A DNA stretch of 64,000 nucleotides from positions 32,001 through 96,000 of the forward strand of contig JBILLK010000018.1 of assembly GCA_044376115.1 (NCBI GenBank). Reading direction: 5' to 3'. This document shows, piece by piece, positions 29,960-39,059 of this stretch; position 1 is the stretch's first letter; every line of letters begins with the position of its first letter. Made by a program: the position numbers and the translations under genes. The DNA comes from Polyangiaceae bacterium (GTDB lineage Bacteria > Myxococcota_A > Polyangia > Polyangiales > Polyangiaceae). The notes under the pieces are model-generated. The model worked only from the letters and a program-made list of their open reading frames with translations, was not told where the DNA came from and did not search any database.

Positions 29960-31344
29960 GCAGCCTTCCCTTCAGCCTCAGTCCGCCCACGGTGCCACCG
30001 TCGGTCTTCAACATCCTCGAACGTCTCCGCGAGAAGGGGAAGTACGGCTGGATCGTCGGCGGTTGTGTTCGCGATTTGCTTCGTGGTCAGGTGCCCCAAG
30101 ACTGGGACATCGCGACCAACGCCAGGCCCGAAGAGGTGGTGCGCATGTTCCCGCGGGTGATCGCCACCGGCCTCAAGCACGGCACGGTCACGGTGATGGA
30201 TCGCGGCGTTGGCTACGAGGTCACCACCCTACGCGGCGAGGGCGCCTACTCCGACGGTCGCAGGCCGGACTCGGTATCGTTCGTCGAGGACATCCGAGAA
30301 GACCTCGCGCGACGTGATTTCACCTTCAACGCCATCGCGATCGACGGCCTGGGTGAGCGGCTGATCGATCCGTTCGGTGGCGCCAAGGATCTCGAGGCTG
30401 GCCTGCTGCGCGCGGTCGGGGATGCGCGAGAACGTTTCGCCGAAGACGGTCTGCGCGTGCTCCGTGCGGCGCGCTTCTCAGCGACATTAGAGGTGTCGAT
30501 CGAGAGCGCAACCGAGGCGGCGATGGGCGATCCAACGTCCCTCGCGACCTTCAGAAAGGTGAGCGCCGAGCGCGTCCGTGACGAGTGGCAAAAATCGATG
30601 AGCGCCAACAAGCCGAGCCGCGCGTTCGACGCCATGGCCCGTACCGGCATCCTCGAGGTGATCAGCCCCGAGCTCTGCGAGTCGCGCGGCTGTGAGCAAA
30701 ACCGCTACCACGCCTACGACGTTTGGGGCCACGCAATGGCCTGTTTGGACGCGGCGCCCAAGGATCCGACGTTGCGTGTGGCGGCGCTGCTGCATGACAT
30801 CGGCAAGCCGCGTTCGCGCGCCTTTTCGCCCAAGACCAACGACTACACCTTCTACAATCACGAGGCGATCGGAGCTGAGATCGTTGATCCGCTCTTGCAA
30901 AAGCTGAAGTTCCCCAACGATGTGCGCCAGCGTATCGTCAGCCTCGTGCGTCACCACCTGATTTGCTACACCAGCGATTGGTCGGACACGGCGGTGCGTC
31001 GCTGGCTCAAACGCGTCGGCCTCGAGGTTGCCCCGCAACTATATGAACTCGGCCGCGCAGACGCGCGCGGTAAAGGGCGCCCGGCAGACGATGATCTGCG
31101 CCATATCGATGAGCTTGAGGCGCGAGCACAACAGCTTCTCTCAGCTGGAGCAGCCCTGTCGACGCGTGACCTAACGGTCTCGGGCCACGACCTAATGAAG
31201 GAGTTGTCGCTCAAGCCCGGCCCGGTGATCGGGCGAGTCTTGGACGCGCTGCTGGAGCTTGTGCTGGAGTCGCCTGAGCTCAATAACCGCGAGTCCCTTT
31301 TGACCGAGGCCCGCCGCGTGGCCGCCAGCCTCGCCTCTTCCTAG
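29956..31344 (+). CDS. cca: tRNA nucleotidyltransferase (CCA/A-adding type) with HD domain
   Basis: VGGCVRD, DWDIAT, DLARRDFT, EDGLRVLRAARF, LLHDIGK; GTGA overlap with the kinase stop. Confidence 0.85.
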   Translation: MSSLPFSLSPPTVPPSVFNILERLREKGKYGWIVGGCVRDLLRGQVPQDWDIATNARPEEVVRMFPRVIATGLKHGTVTVMDRGVGYEVTTLRGEGAYSDGRRPDSVSFVEDIREDLARRDFTFNAIAIDGLGERLIDPFGGAKDLEAGLLRAVGDARERFAEDGLRVLRAARFSATLEVSIESATEAAMGDPTSLATFRKVSAERVRDEWQKSMSANKPSRAFDAMARTGILEVISPELCESRGCEQNRYHAYDVWGHAMACLDAAPKDPTLRVAALLHDIGKPRSRAFSPKTNDYTFYNHEAIGAEIVDPLLQKLKFPNDVRQRIVSLVRHHLICYTSDWSDTAVRRWLKRVGLEVAPQLYELGRADARGKGRPADDDLRHIDELEARAQQLLSAGAALSTRDLTVSGHDLMKELSLKPGPVIGRVLDALLELVLESPELNNRESLLTEARRVAASLASS

Positions 31345-31445
31345 GCGCGAAGTTCAAGGGCGTACGACATGGGCTGGCAAAGGAGCTGCCGGCGAAAAAT
31401 CAAAGCGATCGACGCAGCCGCAGCGTACCCTTCGCTCCGGGGCCA

Positions 31446-33227
31446 ATGGTAGGGCGACAAGGACCAACACCCAAGGCGTCGTCACTCGGGCCAAACTTGG
31501 AGAGTCCCGACGAGCGACGAGCGATGCTCACGCGACAGATCCTGTCAGTGCTGCTGATGTCGGTACCGCTCACAGTCGTGCTCGCGCTCACTGCCGACGA
31601 AGCGAAGCCTGGGGTCGTGTTGGCGGTGTACATACCAACCGGCGTCGTCTTGGTCGCCTTGCTGATGCTTGCTCACGTCGGTCGAGCAAAACTCGCAGCC
31701 TGCGCGATTACTGTGTTCGCCTGGGCCCTCGTCAGTGTGGTCGTCTGCTTCTCCGGTGGCATCGGTACGCACGGAGTCTCGTACATCGCCGTCGCAATGA
31801 TCGCTGGGACGGCGCTTGGTGCGCGCGCCGGGCTCGCCGCCGGCGCAATCTGCATCGCATCCACCGGAGTAGCGCTGGTTGCGGAGCATCAGCGTTGGTT
31901 ACCAACGCCCATTGTTCCGGGTTCGATGAGCAGCTTCATCGCCATTTCCTTTGCGATCGCCGTGGTAACGCTGCTCCATCTCGCGGCCATCAAGCACATC
32001 GACGCAGCGCTCGAGGCGAACAAGGTGGCCCTACGTGAGCGCGAAGCCGCGCGTGCGGAGAACGAGGCCAGGGCGGTGCGTGCGTTGGCGCTGGCGCAGT
32101 TCAGCCAAGAAGCACTGACGACAGCATCGACACAATCGTTGTTCGAGCACGCAGCAGCGACCATCGATGCGACGCTGCAAGGCACCACGGCCTTCTTGCT
32201 TTCACGCATGGCGGATACCGAATGGCAGGTGCTCTCCCGTGGACAGAAAGCAGCCCAGGTCCAAGTCGACCTACCTGACGTGGCCGAAACGCTCACGTTC
32301 ACCACGGATGCGACGCAGTCTCTGGCACTCGCCCAAGACGGTTTACTCCCGCGAGGTCCGCTGCTGCTCGTTCCTATCCCAAGCCGACATGCCGAACGCC
32401 GCTGGCTTGGCATCATCCGTCACGATGCGCACTCGGTTGAGGGAGACGAAGCGTTCCTTCGGGCCATGGCGGGCCTCTTTGGTAGCGCCTTCGACCGCGC
32501 ACATGCCGAGGAACGCGCCCTCAACGCGCAGAAACTCGAGGTCATCGGTAGGCTCTCGGGTGGGGTGGCGCACGACTTCAACAACGTGCTTACGGCCATC
32601 ATGTCGGCTAGCTACGAGCTGCGTGAGCTACACCCTTCCGCCGACAACGAGCAGGCCATCTTGGATGACCTCGACGGTGCGGTGCGTCGAGCCTCGCTCT
32701 TGACCCGGCAGCTCCTGACCTTCGGCCGGAGAGCGGTGACGGCGCCGGCCCTGGTCGATCTGAAGCAGTTGGTCTCGGAGCTTGCTCCGATGCTGCGTCG
32801 ACTGGTCGGCTCCCAATACTCCCTCAAGGTCGAGCTACCCAAAGAGCCAGTGTCTGTGCTCGGAAGTCTGAGTCAACTCGAGCAGGTGCTTCTCAACTTA
32901 GTAGTCAACGCTCGCGACGCGATGCCAGACGGTGGTCCAATCGAAGTGCGCTTGGTTGTCAGCGGCGGCTTGGCGCGCCTATCTGTTTCCGATGTCGGCT
33001 GCGGGATGGATGAGCACACCCTGCGCTACGCGTTTCAGCCTTTCTTCACGACCAAGCGCGATGGCACCGGGCTCGGGCTCGCTACGGTCGCAGACGTCGC
33101 CGAGAAGCTGAACGGCAAGGTCGAGGTCGACAGCCGCCGCGACGAAGGCACCCAAGTTCGCTTCTGCGTGCCTATCGTGAGCCCAAACTCAGCGCTGATC
33201 GGTGCGAGCCAATCGCAAGACGCTTGA
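31446..33227 (+). CDS. Membrane sensor histidine kinase
   Basis: Multi-TM N-terminus, GAF-like region, H-box GVAHDFNN, NLVVNARDAM, DVGCGM, FFTTK, GTGLGL. Confidence 0.92.
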   Translation: MVGRQGPTPKASSLGPNLESPDERRAMLTRQILSVLLMSVPLTVVLALTADEAKPGVVLAVYIPTGVVLVALLMLAHVGRAKLAACAITVFAWALVSVVVCFSGGIGTHGVSYIAVAMIAGTALGARAGLAAGAICIASTGVALVAEHQRWLPTPIVPGSMSSFIAISFAIAVVTLLHLAAIKHIDAALEANKVALREREAARAENEARAVRALALAQFSQEALTTASTQSLFEHAAATIDATLQGTTAFLLSRMADTEWQVLSRGQKAAQVQVDLPDVAETLTFTTDATQSLALAQDGLLPRGPLLLVPIPSRHAERRWLGIIRHDAHSVEGDEAFLRAMAGLFGSAFDRAHAEERALNAQKLEVIGRLSGGVAHDFNNVLTAIMSASYELRELHPSADNEQAILDDLDGAVRRASLLTRQLLTFGRRAVTAPALVDLKQLVSELAPMLRRLVGSQYSLKVELPKEPVSVLGSLSQLEQVLLNLVVNARDAMPDGGPIEVRLVVSGGLARLSVSDVGCGMDEHTLRYAFQPFFTTKRDGTGLGLATVADVAEKLNGKVEVDSRRDEGTQVRFCVPIVSPNSALIGASQSQDA

Positions 33228-33263
33228 GCTTGGCGAGCAGCGGCGTACTAATCGTCGACGACG

Positions 33264-34253
33264 ATGGCGAGCACGACCGGCACCAAGAACTCAGTGATTG
33301 CGGCCCTCTTGGGCAACACGTTTGTCACAGTCATCAAGTTCATCGCGTTCCTTGTTTCGGGCTCCGGCGCGATGCTCTCGGAAGCCATCCACAGCGCCGC
33401 GGATACCGGCAACCAAGGGTTGCTCTACCTCGGCTTGCGGCGAGCGGCGCGCAGCCCTGACGAGGACTTTCACTATGGCTACGGCGGCGAGCGCTTCATT
33501 TTTGGCATGCTCTCGGCCTCGGGCATTTTCTTCGTCGGCTGCGGCGTAACCATCTATCACGGCATCCACTCACTGCTGAGCCCGACGGTGCCGGAGCTGG
33601 GCTGGCTGACCTTTCTGATTCTCGGCATCTCCTTCCTGGTTGAAGGGTCGGTGTTGCTGCTGGCCGTCCGCTCGGTCAATCGTGAACGCGGCGCGACCCC
33701 GTTTCTGGCTTTCGTGCGAAATGGGGCCGATCCAGCGACGGTTGCCATCCTGCTTGAAGATGGAGTGGCCGTGTCCGGCGTCTTGGTCGCGACGGTTGGG
33801 ATGGTGCTCGCCTACGTAACCGGCGAACCAGCCTTCGACGCAGCGGCCTCGATCCTCATCGGCATCCTGCTTGGGCTCGTAGCGATCTACCTCGTGCTCG
33901 CGAATCGCAGCTTACTACTGGGCGAGTCGGTTCCCGAAGGCGTCGAGCAGGCCTTCATCGATACGCTCCGCAGTCACGCGAGTGTAGCGGCGGTAGAAGA
34001 CGTGAAGACTCGGCAACTAACGCCGGAGGCCTTCACGCTGAAGGCGGAGGTCGTGTTCGTGCCGGAGTACTTCTCATCCAAGGAGGGGGCCAAAGGGTTG
34101 GCCGGCGCCGACCTCGTACGCTTTACGTTGCATTCGGTCGGGGAGGAAATCGACGCCATCGAGCACGCGGTGCGCAAGGTGATCCCCCAGGCGCGCCACA
34201 TCGATATCGAGGTCTCACGCGGGGACAAGGTCCCCGCATCCATTTCGCGCTAG
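33264..34253 (+). CDS. Cation diffusion facilitator (CDF) transporter
   Basis: SEAIHSAAD (HxxxD), HYGYG, LLED; about 6 TM segments. Confidence 0.9.
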   Translation: MASTTGTKNSVIAALLGNTFVTVIKFIAFLVSGSGAMLSEAIHSAADTGNQGLLYLGLRRAARSPDEDFHYGYGGERFIFGMLSASGIFFVGCGVTIYHGIHSLLSPTVPELGWLTFLILGISFLVEGSVLLLAVRSVNRERGATPFLAFVRNGADPATVAILLEDGVAVSGVLVATVGMVLAYVTGEPAFDAAASILIGILLGLVAIYLVLANRSLLLGESVPEGVEQAFIDTLRSHASVAAVEDVKTRQLTPEAFTLKAEVVFVPEYFSSKEGAKGLAGADLVRFTLHSVGEEIDAIEHAVRKVIPQARHIDIEVSRGDKVPASISR

Positions 34254-34257
34254 TGGC

Positions 34258-35481
34258 TCAGAAGGAGCAGACCGTGGCGACCTTGGTCGGTGCACCGCTC
34301 GAGCCGATGAAGCGCTCCACCGGCTTTGGCGAGGTGCCCTCGATGTCGACGCAGCCGCGGTTCTCATCGGCCGCCTTGGCCATACAGAATCCGCCGTTGT
34401 TCGTCGCAGCGCAGAAGGTCGGTGATGCCCCCTCCTTGTCACTGCAATAACCTTCACAAGCAACCGTGCAGTAGCCGTCGCCGCCAGACATCGCGCAATG
34501 GGCAGCCACACCATCCACCTTGAAGCCGCACTCCGAGTCGGCCTGGCAGCTCGATCCAATCCAGAGCACGTCGTGCTCCTCAACCAACATTTCACCGGTC
34601 GCAACGTCTTGCTTCACGAGGCCAACGTTGTCGCAGTGATGACCATCGAGCGGGATCGCCGGGTCGTATGCGCAGACGATGTTGGGGAGGTTGCGCGAGT
34701 CCCAAGTCGGAAACATCGCAACGTTGGTCTTGGGTCGTTGCACGGCCGGAAGCGCCGGAAAGTCCACGTCCACGAACTTCCCTTCGTAGCTGTCGAACTC
34801 GGTGGAAACCTCGACCGGGACCTCGATCGTGGACTTGTCGCTCACCTTGTGCGGCTTATCCATGCCCATCCCGAGCACATGCGAGAGCTCGACCACGTGC
34901 TCGCCCGCCATACGCTGGCAACCGTGCGATACCGGGCCGCGGCGCAGAATCCACTCCCAATCGCCGGTGTCTGCGTTGCGCGCCGAGGTGATTGGACCGT
35001 GGAACGCGAGGCCGCGCTTTGCGTGATACTTCAAGAACGGAAAGCCGCCCCACGAGGCCTTGTCAGTCGTTGGCGTGAAGGGGATGCCGAATAGTCGATC
35101 GTAGTGGCCGGGAGCCATCGGTGCTTGGCCGGTCGACGGGTCGACCGCTCCGGTGGCCACCGGGTAGACCATGGTCACGCGAGTTCGCCCGCCATCGTCC
35201 GAAGGCAACGCATAGAACGGCAGCTGCTTGTCAAAGTCAGCCGGTAGCAAGCCACTCACGCGAACGGTGTGCGCCTTCAGCGAGACGAAGATCTCCGGCT
35301 CCTCGAGCACTGGTAGGGCGCCTTGGTAGATCCACTTCTGGCTCTGTCCCCCCGCCTTCTCAGCGTCCTTCAGATAGTTGTCGCTCTGGTTGGCGTTGCT
35401 GCCGAAGTCATTCATCTGCTCAATGCAGCCGACGAAGGAAGTGGCGAGAAGAGCGGAGCCGAGGCAACGGAGGAGGTTCAC
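34258..35481 (-). CDS. L,D-transpeptidase-family lipoprotein with Cys-rich C-terminus
   Basis: Lipobox FVG-C; AFHG...SHGCQRM catalytic motif. Confidence 0.8.
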   Translation of the reverse strand: MNLLRCLGSALLATSFVGCIEQMNDFGSNANQSDNYLKDAEKAGGQSQKWIYQGALPVLEEPEIFVSLKAHTVRVSGLLPADFDKQLPFYALPSDDGGRTRVTMVYPVATGAVDPSTGQAPMAPGHYDRLFGIPFTPTTDKASWGGFPFLKYHAKRGLAFHGPITSARNADTGDWEWILRRGPVSHGCQRMAGEHVVELSHVLGMGMDKPHKVSDKSTIEVPVEVSTEFDSYEGKFVDVDFPALPAVQRPKTNVAMFPTWDSRNLPNIVCAYDPAIPLDGHHCDNVGLVKQDVATGEMLVEEHDVLWIGSSCQADSECGFKVDGVAAHCAMSGGDGYCTVACEGYCSDKEGASPTFCAATNNGGFCMAKAADENRGCVDIEGTSPKPVERFIGSSGAPTKVATVCSF

Positions 35482-35692
35482 GAGCTTGCTCTATCAAGTT
35501 CCGGGCCAAAGAACCTACACGCTCGCACCTCAATTTTAAGCCAGAAACTTGGCCCCTCGGTCTGGTCCTGGGGACCAAAGGATCCACAATTGCTTACATG
35601 TGGGACATTGTGGATCCGCAACGCACCGTGGCCTTTGGCCTTGGCGCAGGGGCTCGTGGGTCATACGAGCCACTCTCAAAGAGGGGTTCGGT

Positions 35693-36811
35693 ATGTTCGC
35701 TGTCGATTCAGAGTTTCACGGAGGGAGCATCGAGGTGGTCAGCCTTCCCTCGCGAGGGACCGTGGAGCTGGCGCTTCGCTCCGACTCCGCCGCAGCGATC
35801 CAACAGTGGTTTTCGTTCACGGTTGCATCGAACGCAAAAGCCAGACGCGTTGCGATCGTCAACGCCGGAGACTCGTCTTTTCCCAACGGCTGGCCCGGCT
35901 ATGAGGTGATGGCGAGCGCTGACGGGAAAAGCTGGTCTCGCGTCGCCACCGAGTTCGATCAAGGTGCGCTCTCGTTCCTTCACAACGCGCGCTCCGAACT
36001 CACGCACTACGCTTACTTCGCACCGTATTCGGCTGCCCGCCTCGCGCGACAGCTCGCGCGCATCAACCGCGCTTCGCACGTTGATGTGCGCGAACTAGGC
36101 CGAAGCTACGCCGATGCGCCGCTTTACGAGGTGGAGCTCGGCGATAGCGATGCACAGCGAACGGTATGGTTGATCGCCCGGCAACATCCGGGAGAGACGC
36201 CTGCGTCATGGGCGATCGAAGGGCTGCTCAAGCGGCTTGCAAAGGCGGCGGACGAGCCCACCCGCGAGCTGTTGGAGCGCGCGGTGATACGCGTTGTCCC
36301 GATCGTCAATCCGGATGGAGCAGAGCTCGGTAATCATCGCACCAGCGCCAGCGGAGCAGACCTCAATCGGGTCTGGGACGACCCGAGCGAAGAGACGCCA
36401 GAGGTGAGCGCCATCCTCCGACGCTTGGAAGAGACTGGCTGCGACTTGTTCTTCGACCTTCACGCAGACGAGTCGTCCTCCGCCGCCTTCGCTGCAAAGA
36501 GCGAAGGCAACCCCAGCTTCACGTCGGAAATCGAGACCGCTGAAGCGGAGCTATCGAGCAGCCTTGCAGCCTATTGCCATGAGTTCATCGACGAGCCGTA
36601 CTACGAGCTCGATGCGCCGGAAGAGGCGGATCTTTCGTGCGCTGCAAACCAAATCGGCGAGCGCTTTGGCTGCCCTTCAATCACTCTCGAGCTACCCATG
36701 AAAGGCGACGGGACGGAGCGAGTGCGGCGCGGCTGGAACGAACGACGCGCGCACAAGTTTGGCGCCGCAATGGTCGACGCGTTGGCAGAGGTTGTCTTGC
36801 GCAATCTCTGA
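35693..36811 (+). CDS. M14 zinc carboxypeptidase (cytosolic-carboxypeptidase-like)
   Basis: QWFSF, FAPYS, RQHPGE, NPDG, GNHR, DLNR, DLH. Confidence 0.88.
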   Translation: MFAVDSEFHGGSIEVVSLPSRGTVELALRSDSAAAIQQWFSFTVASNAKARRVAIVNAGDSSFPNGWPGYEVMASADGKSWSRVATEFDQGALSFLHNARSELTHYAYFAPYSAARLARQLARINRASHVDVRELGRSYADAPLYEVELGDSDAQRTVWLIARQHPGETPASWAIEGLLKRLAKAADEPTRELLERAVIRVVPIVNPDGAELGNHRTSASGADLNRVWDDPSEETPEVSAILRRLEETGCDLFFDLHADESSSAAFAAKSEGNPSFTSEIETAEAELSSSLAAYCHEFIDEPYYELDAPEEADLSCAANQIGERFGCPSITLELPMKGDGTERVRRGWNERRAHKFGAAMVDALAEVVLRNL

Positions 36812-37028
36812 CTTCCGAGTTGGCCCTGCGCGCTGAGAAGGCCAACTGTCACCAGATTGTTTATCCAATACAAGTTCACGACAATTAGGAGACTGGTTCT
36901 GACAATTGTCGCAAGTCGCGCCAACCTCCGAAAACGAATTACAGGGAATTACTGACCAATATTCCCTTTTGATTATCCTCTAGTTCGTGGCGAGCAATTG
37001 CTCGCGTCGACTCAAAGAGGAGATTGCC

Positions 37029-37292
37029 ATGGGATTGTTTCGCTCATTCGTGATGGTTTCGGCTTCGGTGTTTGCTCTTGCTGCTTGCGGCCCGGAAGCC
37101 AAGACGGACGCGAGCGCCAAGCCGTCCGGATCGGCTGCGGCTTCGGCCAAGCCGAGCGCAACGGCATCGGCAGCCGCAACCGCAACTGCAACTGCAACCG
37201 CCACGGCGGCAACCACGGCTGACCCGGCCGCCTCGGGCGCAGCATCGGCTGCTCCGGCCGCCAGCGGCGCCGCCAGCGCAGCTCCGAAATGA
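37029..37292 (+). CDS. Small Ala/Thr/Ser-rich lipoprotein (87 aa)
   Basis: Strong SD AAAGAGGAG; lipobox LAA-C; mature part almost entirely low-complexity; own terminator. Confidence 0.8.
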   Translation: MGLFRSFVMVSASVFALAACGPEAKTDASAKPSGSAAASAKPSATASAAATATATATATAATTADPAASGAASAAPAASGAASAAPK

Positions 37293-37325
37293 GCTGACGT
37301 TCCGGCCTGCAATACGCTCAGGCTT

Positions 37326-37369
37326 AACGCCGCTGAAGCTCACGCTTCGGCGGCGTTTTCATTTTGTGC
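37326..37369 (+). terminator. Intrinsic terminator of the small lipoprotein gene
   Basis: 14-bp stem AACGCCGCTGAAGC / GCTTCGGCGGCGTT followed by TTCATTTTG. Confidence 0.85.
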
Positions 37370-37441
37370 GGTGACGACCAACAACCGCTCCTCGCCGCAA
37401 GGTCGTTCCGGCGGGGAGCGCAAGGTCGTTCGGGGTTGAGT

Positions 37442-37488
37442 GCACAAAATGAAGAAACCGGGATCCGATGAATCGGAACCCGGTTTCT
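37442..37488 (-). terminator. Intrinsic terminator of the candidate large ncRNA
   Basis: AGAAACCGGG-A-TCCGAT / ATCGGA-A-CCCGGTTTCT stem (37453-37488) followed on the minus strand by TCATTTTG. Confidence 0.8.
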
Positions 37489-38938
37489 GTTGTGTCGCTC
37501 ATCTCGCGAGGTTGCTCAACCCCGGTTCAAGCCTCTTCGGCAGGAGAGATGTCCCCACGGTCGTTCCGTGGGCTTCAGTAGTTCGACTTGTCGCTTCACC
37601 TCGACCAGCAAGAGTTCGCGCGCTTGCGGGATGAGGTGCACCTTTGCTCTTCGCTCGGGCGACTTTGCTTAGGTTGCTAAGACCAGACTCCGGTCACCTC
37701 TGGCGGAGGCAAACACGTACTGGAGTTCACAACGCTAAACTCTGACACGAACCTGCTTCAACCTCACTGCGCTTGGCCTACTCCGACCAAGCTTTGCTTC
37801 GTTGACTCAGGGGACTCTCTCGCCGCGCCTTGTTTAAGGGCAACGGTTCAAGACTCCACTCGTGCCTGCAGCTTCCGACCCGTACTCAAACTCTCGCTTG
37901 AACACTCAATGCGAACTCTTCGGATTAGAGGAGTAGGCACCAACGCTCGTCACCTTGCTTCCACCATCGTCGGAGAGTCAGCTCCTTCGAAGGCTTTCAC
38001 CAGGCTTGCCGAACCCCGCCGGGTGCGGCTGACAACTGGACCGAAAACCACTGCAAACGACCATCAAAAAAGGGCCGACGTTTGCTTGAAGACACCTGCT
38101 CATGCAGGCCCTCGGCTCAAGCGTTTCCACTCTCACCAAGTGGGGACGACCTCGTCATCCCGCAGTTCCTAGCTCTCGCTCGAGGTTTGCGAACCTCTAA
38201 CTCAAGCCAGCCCAGCTTCAGGCACGTGGACCACACGAACCCTTCACTGGCGGTTTACGCCACCTCCCGAAGGAGAGTGACCCAACCGACCGCTCATCGT
38301 CTTGAACCAGCCAAGCTTTCGACTCGACCGTGCAAAGGCTCTTGTTTATTAGCCCGAACTCTTTGCGCGCGGTTAACCGCGCTCAACACGACGTTGCTCT
38401 TCCAACAAACTGATCCCAGCCAAACGTTCATTCACCTGCGAGCACGAGTCTCGCCAAGCCGGTCACCCGACATGCACAGGATCATCACCGGTTCGTGAAT
38501 CCCCTGCAGTGAATCTCCACCTGCGTGGAGTTCGTCGTTCGTTGGACAGCGATGGGAGCTCCCCTTTCGGGACCACCGCAACCTCGAAACGAATCGGCTC
38601 TTCTCCTGCCCCGACGATTGCCTATTCCTGGAGTGGATCGGCAGCCAGCGTGAGGGCGGCGCTAACAGCAAGCTGCAAGCGCAGGACTTCAGCGCGCTCG
38701 CCCCCCCGCGAAGGGAATGACGAACGATGAGGCCCGTGAACCGACTTCGGAAGTTCTAGTCTCGCTGGGACGAGACCGAGAGGCATTGAGCCTCTCCGTG
38801 CCTTTTCAACGTGCACATGACCGACCCTGACTGGATTGGTCACTCACACGCTCAGGGGAATGGGCGAAGCGCCCGCCCCTGCAGCATTTGAACCTACGAC
38901 CGATTGAACGTTGCGGCCCGAAGGACCGCGACGACAAC
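37489..38938 (-). ncRNA. Candidate ~1,450-nt highly structured non-coding RNA of unrecognised family
   Basis: No credible ORF; promoter directly upstream and terminator directly downstream; 5' GUUGUCGUCGC pairs with 3' GCGACACAAC; many hairpins with UUCG/GNRA loops and minus-strand G-U pairs; long-range helices. Confidence 0.75.
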
Positions 38939-38944
38939 GAAGAG

Positions 38945-38973
38945 ACAATGCGCGCTTCCCGTCCAAAACTCAA
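38945..38973 (-). promoter_or_regulatory. Sigma70-like promoter TTGAGT-N17-CATTGT
   Basis: -35 at 38973-38968, 17-bp spacer, -10 at 38950-38945; predicted +1 near 38938 coincides with the start of the terminal helix. Confidence 0.6.
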
Positions 38974-39001
38974 GCGCTAACTCTCCGAAATCAAACATTT
39001 T

Positions 39002-39044
39002 TTATCCACAGCACTGTCCCCAGTCTCCCAACAATTTTTCCACA
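39002..39044. promoter_or_regulatory. Two DnaA-box consensus sites
   Basis: TTATCCACA (39002-39010) and TTTTCCACA (39036-39044) both fit TTWTNCACA; degenerate CTGTCCCCA between them. Confidence 0.55.
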
Positions 39045-39059
39045 GGAGACTGGCGTCAG

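Noticed and set aside
37489..38938. 16S rRNA (similar length) or a 23S fragment
   Set aside because: I found no universal rRNA motifs (e.g. GTGCCAGCAGCCGCGGTAA, AAACTCAAAGGAATTGACGG, GATCACCTCC) on either strand, and there are no adjacent rRNA/tRNA genes
37489..38938. Group I/II intron, tmRNA or RNase P RNA
   Set aside because: No interrupted host gene, no recognisable group II domain V or GUGYG start, no tRNA-like ends, no GAGGAAAGUCC; it has its own promoter and terminator and is much longer than tmRNA or RNase P RNA. An Rfam scan is still needed
38988..39053. Replication origin (oriC)
   Set aside because: Only two consensus DnaA boxes, a very short A/T tract, and no dnaA/dnaN/gidA/parAB in the window
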